This document shows positions 28,872 through 41,885 of a stretch of 64,000 nucleotides of DNA, one piece after another. The notes below the pieces were generated by a model. That model had not been told where the DNA came from. It did no database searches and was given only the letters and a program-made list of their open reading frames with translations. The DNA is taken from NCBI RefSeq assembly GCF_009914755.1, contig NC_060929.1, one strand, 5' to 3'. Each line of letters opens with the position of its first letter. Position 1 is the stretch's first letter. The position numbers were made by a program, and so were the translations under genes. The DNA is from the human T2T-CHM13v2.0 reference genome, Homo sapiens.

Positions 28872-29883
28872 CATAAAATGATAGGAGCAAGTCAGGAGGA
28901 AAGACAGCTGTAATATTCAATTGTCTGTAACCAATGTGTTAGGAGTCACCGTCTTTCATCTAGACGGTACAGTTGCATTTTTAAAATGACATCTATTACC
29001 ACATTAGAGGCAACCCATAACAATCCCTTATAGAATGTTTGTCTCAATTTTGGTTATTTAATGTCATTATACCCAATTTCAAAGAGCTCTTATGATAAAC
29101 AGGCATAGTGAAATACCAGATGAATAAGAGCTCATTTTCAAATTCTCAGAAGTCAGCACTTCATTTTCTATTTTTAAAATTTATTTTTTAAAGTCTCTAA
29201 TTTCCTGGTCTTATGAGTTAGAATCTTCTCTTTAAAGGAAAGGCTTTCTTAAATTATATTATTAATGTAGTTGTAAAAGTCAACCAACTTCAGAGCAAAT
29301 TCTCCAAAATTTTTGTCATTGCTCTGAAACAGTGAAGTTGTCATGCACATATATATTGTTAGTAAACTTATTGTAAAGAGGAAAAAATATAAATATGATC
29401 ACAGACATGTAAAGTCATGCTGTGTTTCTCAGGTTAAAACTCTATATCAAGTTCTAGCTCAGGGCAAGTTTAAGCAGCTGAGTTACAAACCCAAGAATAA
29501 AGAGGTCAGACTGGGGATGCTGACAGACTCTTAACTCCAGCAGTACCAGCAGGCGCAACTCTCAAAGTGGAGCAAACCACAGGAGGCAGCAACATGGATC
29601 CTGGACCAGGTCCTAAGCAGTTAGGAAGAGCTGGGGATTATTTTATTCCAAACTGTGGTTACATTTGTGGCTTCTAACTATTAGCTCCTTTTCTATAGGC
29701 ACAAGGCACAGTTATATGCAAACAAAATACAAAATAATCAGCAATATCTTTTATTGCCCTAATTTAACATTATTAAAACAACACAATACTGCTTTGGAAG
29801 AAAGTGGTAGAAAGCAAAAGCTCCTAAACAGAAATTAAGTCCCAATATGCTGGCATATTATCTACACAACATGGCTAGATTAC

Positions 29884-30091
29884 TTTCTGTTTTCCTGCCG
29901 TGAGTAAGCCATGTATACAAGGAAATAAAGGAATCCAGAAAGATGTTTGACATTCCCAGAACGGCTTTGACACTTTTAAGAACTGAAGGCAGAAGAATTT
30001 CAAGCACATCGAGCTTTTCACAAAGCAGGCATTCAATGTTTGTTGCAAGCGGTTCAAAGTAGGTGAACAAATAAAAACACTGAAGTGCTTT
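29884..30091 (-). pseudogene. Exon relic (208 nt, phase 0-1), fully open, RGS-box-like second half
   Basis: Acceptor gtgtctcttaag|, donor A|gtaatc. KALQCFYLFTYFEPLATNIECLLCEKLDVLEILLPSVLKSVKAVLGMSNIFLDSFISLYTWLTHGRKTE. Confidence 0.65.
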
Positions 30092-30189
30092 CTTAAGAGA
30101 CACATTCAGAAAAACAACTAATTCTAAATATTGACACATATTGACTCTACTTTTAGTCTCAAAAACATGTCACCAACTTCAACAAAAAG

Positions 30190-30330
30190 AAAAAAGGATA
30201 GACACAGTAAGTGCAACAAAATCTTGAATAATTGTTGGATCTGGGTGCTGGGACCATGGAGGTTGATTGTATTATTATTTCTATATGTGTACTTTTGAAA
30301 TTTTTAATAAACATTTATTTTAAAAAAATC
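30190..30330 (+). mobile_element. L1M 3' terminal fragment
   Basis: aataattgttggatctgggtgctggg..gaggttgattgtattattatttctat..tttgaaatttttaataaa plus A tail. Confidence 0.65.
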
Positions 30331-30335
30331 GTCAC

Positions 30336-30972
30336 CTAAAGAATGCATTGTTTGATGATCTGTTCACTTCCTATTTGTTTGGAGGTATGTATTATACCCA
30401 GTTCAAATAGAGTTACAAATACCTTCAACAAAATGTCCAAAATTTTTCATTGCACTTGAGTTTTACTGCATGAAACATTGTTTGAAGTGAGTGCTTTTGG
30501 GATTCTTTTTATAACTGTAGTATTTGTGTAGTACTGGGATTTGCCAAGTTTTGATTATGGTTTATGCAAGGAAAACTACTTTCTAGAATTGCCATCCATA
30601 AATGACCAACTGGGTCCTTTCTTAGAGTGGCAAACCCTTAAAGCTGTCAACACACTTTGAAAGCAGTCTTGGAGCACTGCAAACATTGAGTTACCTCAGA
30701 TGTGACCTAAGCAGAATGGTTAACACAGTGGACAGATTTAAAGAAGTTGGGGGAGAGATGAAGATTTGAAGATGTCTTTGTAAAAGCTATTGAGCCCGCA
30801 ATTCTACCTGGCATGACCTCGTTTTTAATCTTCTTAACTCAGAATAAATTATCTTCAAAGTCTGTAGTCATCTTTTTTTTTTTTTTTTTCTGTGCTTGGC
30901 AGACCCTATCTGATCCAAGTCTAGCTCATGTAAATCAAATTTAAGGGTCTAGCAAGTTTCTTTGCTCCACAC
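30336..30972 (-). pseudogene. Exon relic containing an expanded A/T run
   Basis: Acceptor ttctccctggtctag|, phase 0. VWSKETC*TLKFDLHELDLDQIG, DFEDNLF*VKKIK, TLRKDPVGHLWMAIL, KCNEKFWTFC*, YIPPNK*EVN. Candidate donors at 30695 and 30336. Confidence 0.55.
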
Positions 30973-31167
30973 CTAGACCAGGGAGAAGGCAGCTGACCCT
31001 ATACCAAGAGCACTTTTTCTTCAGTTGTTCTTCTTCCCCTCTGCACTTGAGAGACAGCTGCCTCCTGTCTCTTCTAGATGCCAGTTTCTCTCATTTCTAT
31101 TCCTTACACGCTCTGTCTCACGGAATCTCTCCAGGAGCCACCTGATTTCCTGGCACTAGCAGCTCAC

Positions 31168-31474
31168 TTTGTTCTGCTCAAACCCTGCCCTGGATGTTCT
31201 TTTTCTATTGGAATAGATTTCCTGGAATAACCAGGCACCTCCCCGTATCCACTCTGTATATCTGAAACCACAATCTAGTTTTGTTCCTCTAGATTGGAAT
31301 CCGCCTTTGTATCCTCCCAAACAGGCCTGGTCCTGGGTGGGTTTTGCCACACTTATGATACCACCTTCTCCTCCCTGGGTTTGGTCCTTTTCCATTCCCA
31401 GCCTGCCCTTGGGGGTACTTTAACATTCTACCAGTGGGTAAACTCAAATAGAACCCATCTAGCTATAATGTGTC
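31168..31474 (-). pseudogene. Exon relic (307 nt, phase 2-0)
   Basis: Acceptor ctgactttttccatttag|, donor AAA|gtgagc. Contains ORF MEKDQTQGGEGGIISVAKP..AGFEQNK. Confidence 0.6.
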
Positions 31475-31644
31475 CTAAATGGAAAAAGTCAGTTTAAAAA
31501 AATGGGAGTTATGATGTCTATAAATCACTAAAGAGTTGTAAGTGCTTTCACTCTCCTCAGAACCAATGTATACCAGGAACTTAGCTAATTAGCATAATGA
31601 AAGTTGGAAATTGGTTATCAATGATAAAAATTAGTGGATTGTTA

Positions 31645-31723
31645 TTAGGTTGCTGCAAAAGTAATTAAGGATTTGCCATTACTTTTAATGGCAAAAACTG
31701 CAATTATTTTTGCACCAACCTAC
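31645..31723. mobile_element. MADE1 (Hsmar1 mariner MITE), ~80-bp palindrome
   Basis: ta-ttaggttgctgcaaaagtaatt...aattatttttgcaccaaccta-c-ta. Confidence 0.9.
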
Positions 31724-31859
31724 TAATTAGCAAACTGGGTATCTGAAATAATCTCTCATTGGTGAATTTAGCAGTATTCAAGATAATGTAGAAACACCTA
31801 TCCCCATTACCCCCACCCTTGCTCCAGGCATAATTTTGTCATGCAAATCGGTTGGTCAC

Positions 31860-32071
31860 CTTGATTTTCAAATAATCCTGTGTCCCACCACTGATTTGGA
31901 GGGTTTTTGGTCTCCTAACTCTAATAGATGATCATTTGCATCCTGCAGCTGTAAAATTATCACATTTGCTTCAGGTGAAGTCTTCAGAATATTTCTTTCT
32001 TTTTATTGAGTGCCAAAATGACATAGACGTTGGATTTTGTCAAGGTTGCATGTGCCTACTTGCTAATAAAT
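31860..32071 (-). pseudogene. Exon relic (212 nt, phase 0-2)
   Basis: Acceptor cacacttag|, donor AG|gtgacc. TCNLDKIQRLCHFGTQ*KERNILKTSPEANVIILQLQDANDHLLELGDQKPSK. Confidence 0.55.
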
Positions 32072-32302
32072 CTAAGTGTGACAGAATGTAGTAAGAGATT
32101 TGTTTTTGTTACAGTCTTAATTGAGAGCAGTGGGGTAAACGTCACGGCATACCCCCCACCCCATAACCATATACAACTACTCACATCCATCAGGGTGGCT
32201 CAGGTCACAAGGTGTAATAAATACATCTTGTATATTTACATAATTATATGTCTACCTACGTATCTGTTGAACCAAGGTTTTTGGTTTCTAAAGTCTTCTT
32301 GC

Positions 32303-32520
32303 TCAGGAGTTGGCAAACCATAACCCATAGGCCAAATCTGGAACGCTGATTTTGTAAATGAAATTTTATTGGAACAAAGTCATGTCTCTATGTCTCTTTA
32401 TTGACATATTATCTGTGGCTGCTTTCATGCTACAGGTAGTTGTGACAGAACTGTATGGCCTGCAAAGATAAAAATATACTTATTGTCTGGCCCTTTGCAG
32501 AAAACGTTTATTGACCCCTA
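32303..32520. mobile_element. MER58A (hAT-Charlie)
   Basis: caggagttggcaaacc..ggccaaatctgg..ttttgtaaatgaaattttattggaaca..ttgaccccta. Confidence 0.85.
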
Positions 32521-32723
32521 TTGTAGCCCATCAGGGTTTCTCACCCTTCTGGATGAATATTTAAATGCAATTAAGAAAAATTTCTTGCCAGTTTTATCCA
32601 GAAAGAACAAAAGTTCTCAGCACATTATGAAGTGATTAAGGGAGAAGGCATGATCATGTGTTAAAGGCTTGCCTGATGGGAATGGAAAGTAGAGGCAGGA
32701 TCCTTAAGTAGATGTCTGTTTAC

Positions 32724-33026
32724 CAAGACATGCAGATCAGAATGAAGAAAATAAAGATCTTTGAAACTGAGACCTTTGAAACTGAGAATTGTCATGGGTC
32801 TCTCTCATTGTTTTGAGTCTATTTTGATTTAGTTTTCAAGTCAGGCCTTTAAAGCACTCTTGGCTTTACTTTGTGAAGGTTCAGGAAAAGTTAAAGCAGT
32901 TTTTGCTGGTCAATGACCAAGAGGGGACAGAAACCATCCAACCTCTTGAAGTTGGGAATTGAAACTGAAGGCAGAGTTGCTTTGATCCCCTTCAGGAGGC
33001 CACCAATTGTTGGTCAAAGAGTATAC
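32724..33026 (-). pseudogene. Exon relic (303 nt, phase 0-0)
   Basis: Acceptor ccttccatag|, donor TTG|gtaaac. VYSLTNNWWPPEGDQSNSAFSFNSQLQEVGWFLSPLGH*... Contains an in-frame 15-nt tandem duplication at 32759-32787. Confidence 0.5.
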
Positions 33027-33351
33027 CTATGGAAGGTTCCTTCCTATGAGCTTGTGATATATAGACCATCCTCCCCCCGCATATTACTCTGACATATTAA
33101 GTAACACTTTTAATATATCTGCTGCATTTTCACCAATAAACTTATGAGAAGAAGTAAGCAACCCTATGTTCATATTAAAGTTTCAGAATATAAGTATTTG
33201 GTGGATTTGATAGCTTTTAAATATTGAATTAAAAGTGATTATGGCTAGGCTTTTCTTTAACTGTTAATAATATTTTGATTTATTTTTATATGTATTTGCT
33301 ACATTAACTGAACATTCACAAATTTATTTCAGAAACTTTTCATGAACTCAC

Positions 33352-33396
33352 TTGCCATATTCTAGAAATCATTATACAATCTTCCATATCTAATAA
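33352..33396 (-). pseudogene. 45-nt exon relic (phase 0-0), open
   Basis: Acceptor tgtttttctgccaacaccag|, donor CAA|gtgagt. LLDMEDCIMISRIWQ. Confidence 0.55.
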
Positions 33397-33430
33397 CTGG
33401 TGTTGGCAGAAAAACAAATTGGTAGTAACG

Positions 33431-33832
33431 TGTCTTACTTCATTGGTGCTGCTGTAACAAAATACGTTAAGCTGGGCAATTTATAAATAACAGAAATAAA
33501 TATTCTCATGGATTTGAAGGCAGGGAAGCCCAAATCAAGGTGCTAGCAGTTTCAGTGTCTGGTGAGGGCCCTGTCGCTCTGCTTCATCCAACAAGATTGC
33601 GCTTTGTTGCTCCGTTTTCTAGAGGAGAGAAAGGCTGTGTCCTCACATGGTGGAAGGGCAAAAGAGGCCCTAAGCTAGTTCCCTCCAGCCCTTTTAAGGC
33701 AGTAATCCATTCATGAGGGTGGAACCCTTATGACTCAATCCCTTCCCCAAAGGGCCCCCCCTCTTTCTACCACCACAATGGGGATTAAATTTCAACATGA
33801 ATTTTGGAAGGGACACATTCAGACTCTAACAC
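33431..33832 (-). mobile_element. MaLR LTR (MST/MLT1A-like)
   Basis: tgtcttacttcattggtgctgctgtaacaaaatac ... ttcaacatgaattttggaagggacacattcagactctaaca. Confidence 0.85.
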
Positions 33833-34281
33833 AATGTTAACATTTATTCATCCAGTCTTAAAATAGTGTTAAATGGTTACTGTGTGCCAAGCTCCGTGCT
33901 GGGGCAGATCTAGAGAATTTAACATGGGAAGCATATAATAAACTAACAATGACTGGAATGAGTCACATCAGAGAGAAGCTAAGGAGAACAAGGAAATTCC
34001 ATTTGTAGTAATGGGGATGGCTGATAGAATCTGAGATTGAATTCCTGACACAGGGAGTAATCAATATACAATGATGTGAAGTGGAATGTGCATCAGGTAA
34101 GAAAGAATGGGTGAAATGTCTCAAGTGAAAAATTCAATGTGTGACTTGTGTGAATTCTGCAGGTAATAGGTGGAAGATACTCCAATTGATTTCAACCAAC
34201 CATGATAGACCATAAAATAGGAAAAATATGTAAGCCAGCAAGGTTAAACAGATCCCCTGTGCCCTACCTTCAGGCAGTTAC

Positions 34282-34363
34282 TTTATTTTTAGAATTAAGA
34301 AAAGTCTTTGTACATTTTGTAGCATCACTTAAGTAATTTGTTACTGAAGGAAACTGTACAATT
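34282..34363 (-). pseudogene. Exon relic (82 nt, phase 2-0), open
   Basis: Acceptor tcctcttttcacag|, donor AAA|gtaact. IVQFPSVTNYLSDATKCTKTFLNSKNK. Confidence 0.55.
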
Positions 34364-34483
34364 CTGTGAAAAGAGGATTTTCAGAAAAAGAAAATCATGA
34401 CTGTCATACAGACACAAAAATAAATGTGTGAATTGAGGCAAATGTTATAATTAACTCAACACAGAAACTGCAATGGAAAATAA

Positions 34484-34945
34484 GTATATATATAAATATA
34501 TATGTAAATATATATAAATATATAAATTATGTAAATATATAAAAAAATAAATATATATGTAAATATATACAAATATATAAATATATATGAATATATACAA
34601 ATATATAAATATATATGAATATATACAAATATATAAATATATATATAAATATATATATCAATATATATAAATATATAAATATACATCAATATATCAATAT
34701 ATAAATATATAAAAATATATATAAATATATAAATAAATATATTAAAAAATATAAATATATAAATATAAAAATATATAAATATATATAAATAAATATATAA
34801 ATATATAAATATATAAATATAATTAAATATATAAATATATAAAAATATAAATATATAAATATAAATATATATAAATATATATAAATATATAAATATAAAT
34901 ATATATAAATATATATAAATATATAAATATAAATATATATGTATA
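34484..34945. repeat. AT-rich (TATATAAA)n-type low-complexity tract
   Basis: About 460 bp of almost pure A/T. Confidence 0.95.
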
Positions 34946-35036
34946 TGGAGAGAGAAGTTATTTGTTTATCTCCAGTAGGACAGAATTTGCACGTCTATAG
35001 ATTAGATTTTTTTTTTTTTTGCTGTAAGTTTCTTAC

Positions 35037-35154
35037 AATTTATAGAGTTGTAAAATCATGTCTGTGGAATCTCGATCAGATAGCCCTGTGGGGTATCCTT
35101 TAGGGTCTAGACAATGTAGTTTTTTCACTGAACCACAAATTCCTTTCTACAATT
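35037..35154 (-). pseudogene. Exon relic (118 nt, phase 1-2)
   Basis: Acceptor cttccatatttag|, donor TT|gtaaga. L*KGICGSVKKLHCLDPKGYPTGLSDRDSTDMILQLYK. Confidence 0.55.
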
Positions 35155-35399
35155 CTAAATATGGAAGCACAACATTTTTTTTCTTTACCACATTTAAGGA
35201 TCATTAAAAACAAAGTGAATGGTTCATTTATATAGTGAAAAAAGTATTACAGAGATTTAAGATAATATTGTGTACTAGATATTTAGAGTGAATGAGTAAT
35301 ATTCATTTAGAATATGTAGTACAGAATGAGGAAAATAATAGGTACCTGAAAAATGCTTGTTGAATATGTATTTCCATAGAAATACTGTAATTAGGTAAA

Positions 35400-35770
35400 C
35401 CATCAGTTAAAAACAGTAGGTACAACAATGGAATTCTATACCGTAATAGAAAGAAATCAACTGCAACCTCACACAGCAACTAGATAAACTCACAAACAAA
35501 ATATCGAGCAAAGAAAAAAGTGAGGTATGTAAGAATACACAGTGCACGATTCCAACTGTACAAAAGTCTGAAACACACAAAGGAAATTTATGATGTTACA
35601 TATTTGGTTGAGGACTACTCTTGGGGGAGGGTAGTAACGGAGAGTAGGCCTGCCAGGGCTTCATGGATACTGGCAGTGTTCTGTTTCTTGAAATATACAT
35701 GGGTATGTTTACTTCGAATTGTACACTTTTTTGTATGTATGTCAATACTTCAATAAAAAGTTTACAAAAA
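35400..35770 (+). mobile_element. L1M (L1MB/ME-like) 3' fragment
   Basis: acaatggaattctatacc..aagaatacacagtgcacgattcc..tatgtcaatacttcaataaaaag. Confidence 0.7.
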
Positions 35771-36019
35771 AGGCATTGATAAACGTCTAAAACCAGCATC
35801 TATGTAAGATTGTTTCCATTAAAGATGTATATGTATCGGTGTTAGTATAAAAACAACATGTTAATAAATGTTACCTCCAGACGGTGGGATTATGAGTTTT
35901 TACTTTCTGCTTTTTGTATTAAGAAAAAAATATACTTTTTTTGTATTAGGAAAAAGTGCATTAATTAAAATGAAAGTGAACTACTTATGAGTTAACTATG
36001 AAGTTAAAAGTTGGAACTA

Positions 36020-36988
36020 TTAGATATAATAAGTAGACCTTATTATAAGTAACTGGCTCACATAATTATGGAGGCTGAGAAGTCCCAAACTCTGCTGTCT
36101 GCAAGATGGGGACCCAGGAAAACCTGGGAACCAGGAGTGCTGATGGTGTAAACCCTCTCCAGATCCAAAGGCCTGAGAACCAGGAGTGCTGATGGTGTAA
36201 GCTCTGTCCAAATCCAAAGACCTGGGAACGAGGAGTGCTGATGGTGTAAACCGTGTCCAAATCCTAAGGCGTGGGAACCAGGAGTGCTGATGGTGTAAGC
36301 TCTGTCCAAATCCAAAGACCTGGGAACCAGGAGTGCTGATGGTGTAAACCCTCTCCAGATCCAAAGGCCTGAGAACCAGGAGTGCTGATGGTGTAAGCTC
36401 TGTCCAAATCCAAAGACCTGGGAACGAGGAGTGCTGATGGTGTAAACCGTGTCCAAATCCTAAGGCGTGGGAACCAGGAGTGCTGATGGTATAAACCCCG
36501 TCCAAATCCTAAGGCCTGGGAACCAGGAGTGCTGATGGTATAAACCCTGTCCAAATCCGAAGGCCTGGGAACCAGGAGTGCTGATGGTATAAACCCTGTT
36601 CAAATCCAAAGGCCTGGGAACCAGGAGTGCTGATGGTGTAAGCCCTGTCCAAATCCAAAGGCCTGGGAACCAAGAGTGCTGATGGCATAAACACTGTCCA
36701 GATCCGAAGACCTGGGAACCAGGAGTGCTGATGGTGTAAATCCAGTCCAAGGGCAGGAAAAGACTGATGTTCCAGCTCAAACAGTCAGGTAGTGAAAACA
36801 AATTGTGTCTTTCTCTGCCTTTTTGTTCGATTCATACCCACCCGCATTAGGGAGGGCAGTCTGCTGTACTCACAGACTCAAATGCTCATCTAGAAACACA
36901 CTCACAGACATACCCAGAAATAATGTTTCACCAAATATCTGCGTGCCCCATGGCTGTTCAAGTCGACCCAGAAAATTAACCATCACAT
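36020..36988 (-). mobile_element. MLT2B-like LTR carrying an internal VNTR
   Basis: ttattataagtaactggctcacataattatggaggctgagaagtccc ... aaaattaaccatcaca. Confidence 0.85.
36123..36750. repeat. 49-bp minisatellite, about 13 copies, with a 196-bp higher-order duplication
   Basis: Unit cctgggaaccaggagtgctgatggtgtaaaccctgtccaaatccaaagg; variant order of units 1-4 recurs in units 5-8. Confidence 0.95.
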
Positions 36989-36989
36989 C

Positions 36990-37250
36990 AATCTTGTTGA
37001 GTTTGTTGAATTTATTTGATTCATTCTGATAAATTCCAGTGAATATCTAGAAAAGTTTTTAAAGAAGTTAAGCTTAAATATCACAGTTAATTTCATGGCA
37101 TTCTTTATTTTAACTAGAGGTGATTAATATTCGTCATTGTCCTGTGATGATACTTCACAAAATCATTTCAGCCTAAAACGAATCCTTGGCACATTGGTTG
37201 AGAACCCACAGTTACCAAGGTTAAGTATTTATAATACCCCTCATGTAATC
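36990..37250 (-). pseudogene. Exon relic (phase 1 start; 3' end uncertain)
   Basis: Acceptor ttgttttcttttctcag|. GLHEGYYKYLTL (possible donor at 37215); later LSLTSLKTFLDIHWNLSE. Confidence 0.45.
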
Positions 37251-37394
37251 CTGAGAAAAGAAAACAACCTGGTTTTGTTTTTAAAATGTCCTGCCCTAAA
37301 ATGCACAGTATAAAAATCCCGAGTGATTGAAAAAGTACAAACTCTTGGAGGCAGCATTTTGGCTGTGACCACGGAGCTTTTCAAACCCTCCCAC

Positions 37395-37441
37395 CTCATT
37401 CATTGCCAAGGTGACATTTTAGACTAAATGAGTTTGCCAAT
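37395..37441 (-). pseudogene. 47-nt exon relic (phase 2-1)
   Basis: Acceptor cttctctccccccag|, donor G|gtggga. LANSFSLKCHLGNE*. Confidence 0.45.
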
Positions 37442-37665
37442 CTGGGGGGAGAGAAGTAATTAGGGATATAAAGTAGAACCTACAATCTCAGCCTAATTCT
37501 AAACAACCAGCTGTGTAGGTCTAGGCATACAAGGCATATCTAGAGTTAGCCAGTATGCCGGTTAAAAATGCACTTGTAATGTCAATGTTATCTTTGGAGT
37601 GTTTTCCATTTCAGGTCTTCATAAAATAAAAAAATGTTGCAAAATGCTACAATTTAAAAAAGCAG

Positions 37666-37957
<292 letters not shown>

Positions 37958-37989
37958 TTAACAAATCTTGCTTAGAAAACATTTGGCAA

Positions 37990-38388
<399 letters not shown>

Positions 38389-38923
38389 TTAATTTCAGAT
38401 AAGCTAATTTAGTTGTTCACATTTTTTTAAACATTATATACTATACTCATTCTTGAGTATATGGTGATTAATATACAAGTTTTGCTCTGACACTTATCAT
38501 TTTTGTTAAAAGTCAGACTCTTCTAAAAATGTTCTAAAAGTGACAGAACTTCTCAGAGAATATTTGTCCAAAAACTTTTTAAAATGCATGCCAACTGTAT
38601 ATTTTTCAAATTATTTTTACCATGACAATGAGCAATGAGAAAAGAACAAAAACCATAATACACACACATTGGTTACTATCTGTGAGTCAGTTACTGGGTT
38701 AAGTGGGGCTTAAAGGCATTTTGTAGTTTACTCAGAGTCACTTGTGTATGTGGAGCTCACATGTCCAGGGTGTTGCTAATCACACTGAATAGATATCAGT
38801 TTGGTTTTCAGATAAGCAGATAATGTGCAATTAAATAAAACCTAAATGGTTGGTTATGTATACACCTAAACTCTCAATTTGCTGTTGTTCTATGTAATAT
38901 TAAGTATTAAAAAGAGTGTTTAC

Positions 38924-39191
38924 TTCTCATAATTTCAGCGTGAAAATGGAAAGGATGAAAAAGTAAGAAGAGTACAACTTTAGCCAAAATAATTATATAG
39001 CTCACAGAGGAGACATCTGCAAAGTATAAAGAAAATAGACTGCAGGGTCCTGATTGCATGAAATGGGACTCAAACTCTGTCCTTTCTTAGTTTATGATGT
39101 CATGCGATCCCTTGACTAATTTCTCTGGAATTCACAGTTACCCATCATTTGTAGAGTAGTCACATAATTTCCTTCAAGCTATCCAGAGGAG
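38924..39191 (-). pseudogene. Exon relic (268 nt, phase 1-2)
   Basis: Acceptor ttttattttctgtag|, donor AA|gtaaac. PLDSLKEIM*..HAIRTLQSIFFILCRCLLCELYNYFG*. Several stops, no net frameshift. Confidence 0.45.
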
Positions 39192-39405
39192 CTACAGAAA
39201 ATAAAACAATGACTTTATGTCATTGCTTTGCTAATGCCCTGGGAACTATTCAGCCCACCCACATTCTATCAGGATGCCATTATAGGAAGAATGAGCTCTT
39301 TGTAACACAAGGCAATATAATTTCAAGAATTTGGTGTTGTGTGTGCCTGTAATTATTATAAAAATATCTATTCAAGTAACCCACGGCTGTCTCATGATTC
39401 ATTAC

Positions 39406-39524
39406 TTTCATCTAATTCTGCATCAGATCATTTAAATATAAAATTATCAAAAGAAGTTCTTCCGTTAATTGAAGGGTCTAGTTTGCTTAAGAATTCTACC
39501 CTCCACACCTCTCAGCTTGACGCC
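39406..39524 (-). pseudogene. Exon relic (119 nt, phase 2-1), RGS-box-like start
   Basis: Acceptor ccttactctag|, donor A|gtaatg. EVWRVEFLSKLDPSINGRTSFDNFIFK*SDAELDE. Confidence 0.5.
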
Positions 39525-39779
39525 CTAGAGTAAGGCCAGAGCAATCAGGTCATAGGGTGGCCAGGTTATTACTATTTACCCCTTTCTTAATAATTAACAT
39601 GGATCATGTTTATGATGGCAACGAATAGGATCAATAGTGAAATATGGATACAGAAAATGGTACTGTTTTTTTCTACTTTAGTCTGATTTTCTACCCAGTC
39701 CATTATTTTTCTTTTTTATGATGGAGAGAAGTATAATACATTCTCTCTTAATTTGTTTTATTTAGGCTTCTCTGTGTTT

Positions 39780-40130
39780 ACTGGGAGGCAGTTTAGCAAA
39801 CTGATTAAATGAACAGGCTGTGGAAATGAGACAACCTGTGTTCAAATCCAATTGCTACTTGGGGCAGTGGTTCTTAAACTTGTTAGTGTATTAGAATCAC
39901 CTGGAAGGCTTGCTGAACCATGGATTACAAGGCGCTGTTCTCAAAGATTGTGATTAAGTGGGTCTGAGATAGAGCCCCAAATTTGCATTTTTAATGTTTC
40001 CAGATGGTGTTAATACTGTTGATCCAGAGACCATACTTTGAGAATCACAAATGTCAGTTTATCTGAGCCTAAATTTTCTCATCTGTGGAGTGTTAACAGT
40101 TTCTAATTAATAAGGTTGTTAATTGCCAAG
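39780..40130. mobile_element. MIR with nested MER5A (~39865-40048)
   Basis: MIR halves (acctgtgttcaaatcc / ctgagcctaaattttctcatctgt) flank cagtggttcttaaactt..atactttgagaatcac. Confidence 0.75.
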
Positions 40131-40344
40131 GGATAATTTAGAGGAAAAATTCCCAAAGTTTGTTACTTTGATGTAGATTGTAACCAACTGAATAAATTGT
40201 GCTTTTTTAGTTGTGCTTTTTAAATAAATCTTATATATGATGATCTGGGTTTATATTAAGGACACATGATTAATGAAATAGTTCTTTGCTTTATTAAGGA
40301 TTTTCAGTTTGATCGTGGGAATACTCCTCTGTACTGTTGAGAGC

Positions 40345-40935
40345 CAAATTTGATTTACACCTAGGAACATGCTCCAGCTGTGACAGGCACTACTGGTTGC
40401 TTTCCAATTATTTCTTCTTCTTTCCCTTTCATCCTTGACTCTTAATTCCTGCAGGTATCCACATTTCTAAGAGTGGCCATATACTTTAGGGGAAGCTGGA
40501 CACATTTCTTTGTCTAATGTCCTGATTAAGCCTCTTATGGGTGTCCTGTTCCATGAGCACCGGATGTAGCTCTGGTCAACAAGAAACTCAGGTGAGTCTT
40601 CTGGATGTACTTCCAGGAAACAGCCTTTGTTCTCGTAAAGCAACACTTAGAGTTGCCTTCTTTTTGTGCTAGCTCTTGAGGTGCCTGTACGTACTGCTGC
40701 AGTTGTCCCATGACCATAAGGGGAGTCATCTAAGGACAGCCTGAGGATGAGAGAACAGAAAGATGGAAAGAAATCCAGGCCTTTGATGATGTGATTGAAC
40801 CATAGAGTTAACTAACCCTGGAATTACTATACCTTCATGCTCCCTGTTATTCAAGATAATACATTTTCCTTATCATTTAACCATTTTCAATTGCATTTTT
40901 AGTTATTTGCTGCTTAAGGTGTCTTAACTGATATA
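40345..40935 (+). mobile_element. Old MLT1 (MaLR) LTR
   Basis: Ends ttgcatttttagttatttgctgcttaaggtgtcttaactgataca-like. Confidence 0.65.
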
Positions 40936-41885
40936 CCAATTTATGAAGCATATTAACCTTGAAATTAATTAAAGTTATCAGAGCAGTGCTATTCCAGGGG
41001 TCTCATTTTAGCTGCAGCATTAATGGAGACAATGTGACTGTGTAGATTATTTAACTTCTCTTGGCTTCAGCTCAATCATTTGTGTAAGGATATTGTTGAG
41101 CTGGATCATTTCTAGAGTTGTTCCAAGTTTTAAATGCTGGGACTATTTGATTCCATGCATCTGAAACATATTGATGCTATATACATTACACAATGGGATT
41201 ACACATGTGTATAACCTAGTAACTACATAATGCAAGGACAGATATGTAACAAGATAACCACATATATACTTTTATAATAATTTAATATCACACTAATTAT
41301 ATGGTCTGATTTACCCAGCATGAGTATCCAGTCACTACTATGGTAGAGTTAGTTGGAAATTATAGCTCTTTAAATGGTACTGTAGCAAGAAATAATAGAT
41401 TCCTCATAATATTTCTAATTTGGAGGAGGAATAAAAATAATACTTTTCAAATGTTTTCACATGGCATGTTTAAATATGTAAATATGGACATGGGTGAGCA
41501 TTTTAAGTTAAAAGTTTTCCGTTAAAATGGTAAGAAATGAGAGCACCTTTTTTTTTTCTCTTGAAGTGTACACACTTGGTATATCCTTTATATATCTACA
41601 AGAGGGTAGCCACATGGGTTGGAAATACATAAATTCCACCTGTGTCCAACCAAAGTACTGCTATTATGGTAGGGCATATTTCATAAATTGTGTGACTCAG
41701 GCATGCAAAAATATGATAGAAAAGTTTCTCTATAGGTGCACTAAAGTTGCCTTTTGGCCCCATACCCTCTCATGGCAAAAAAATAAAAATAAAAAAAATA
41801 AAACAACATGAAGCATGTCACTTTCTGTTTTTTGTTTGTTCCTTTTGGGAAAATATTTATCTATTCAAGATACCCTCATGGATAC

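Noticed and set aside
34456-34689. Y/I-rich 77-aa ORF
   Set aside because: Translation of an AT microsatellite.
36020-36801. Repetitive ORFs and a CRISPR-like appearance
   Set aside because: A 49-bp tandem repeat with no unique spacers and no cas genes, lying inside a mammalian LTR. The ORFs are artefacts of the repeat.
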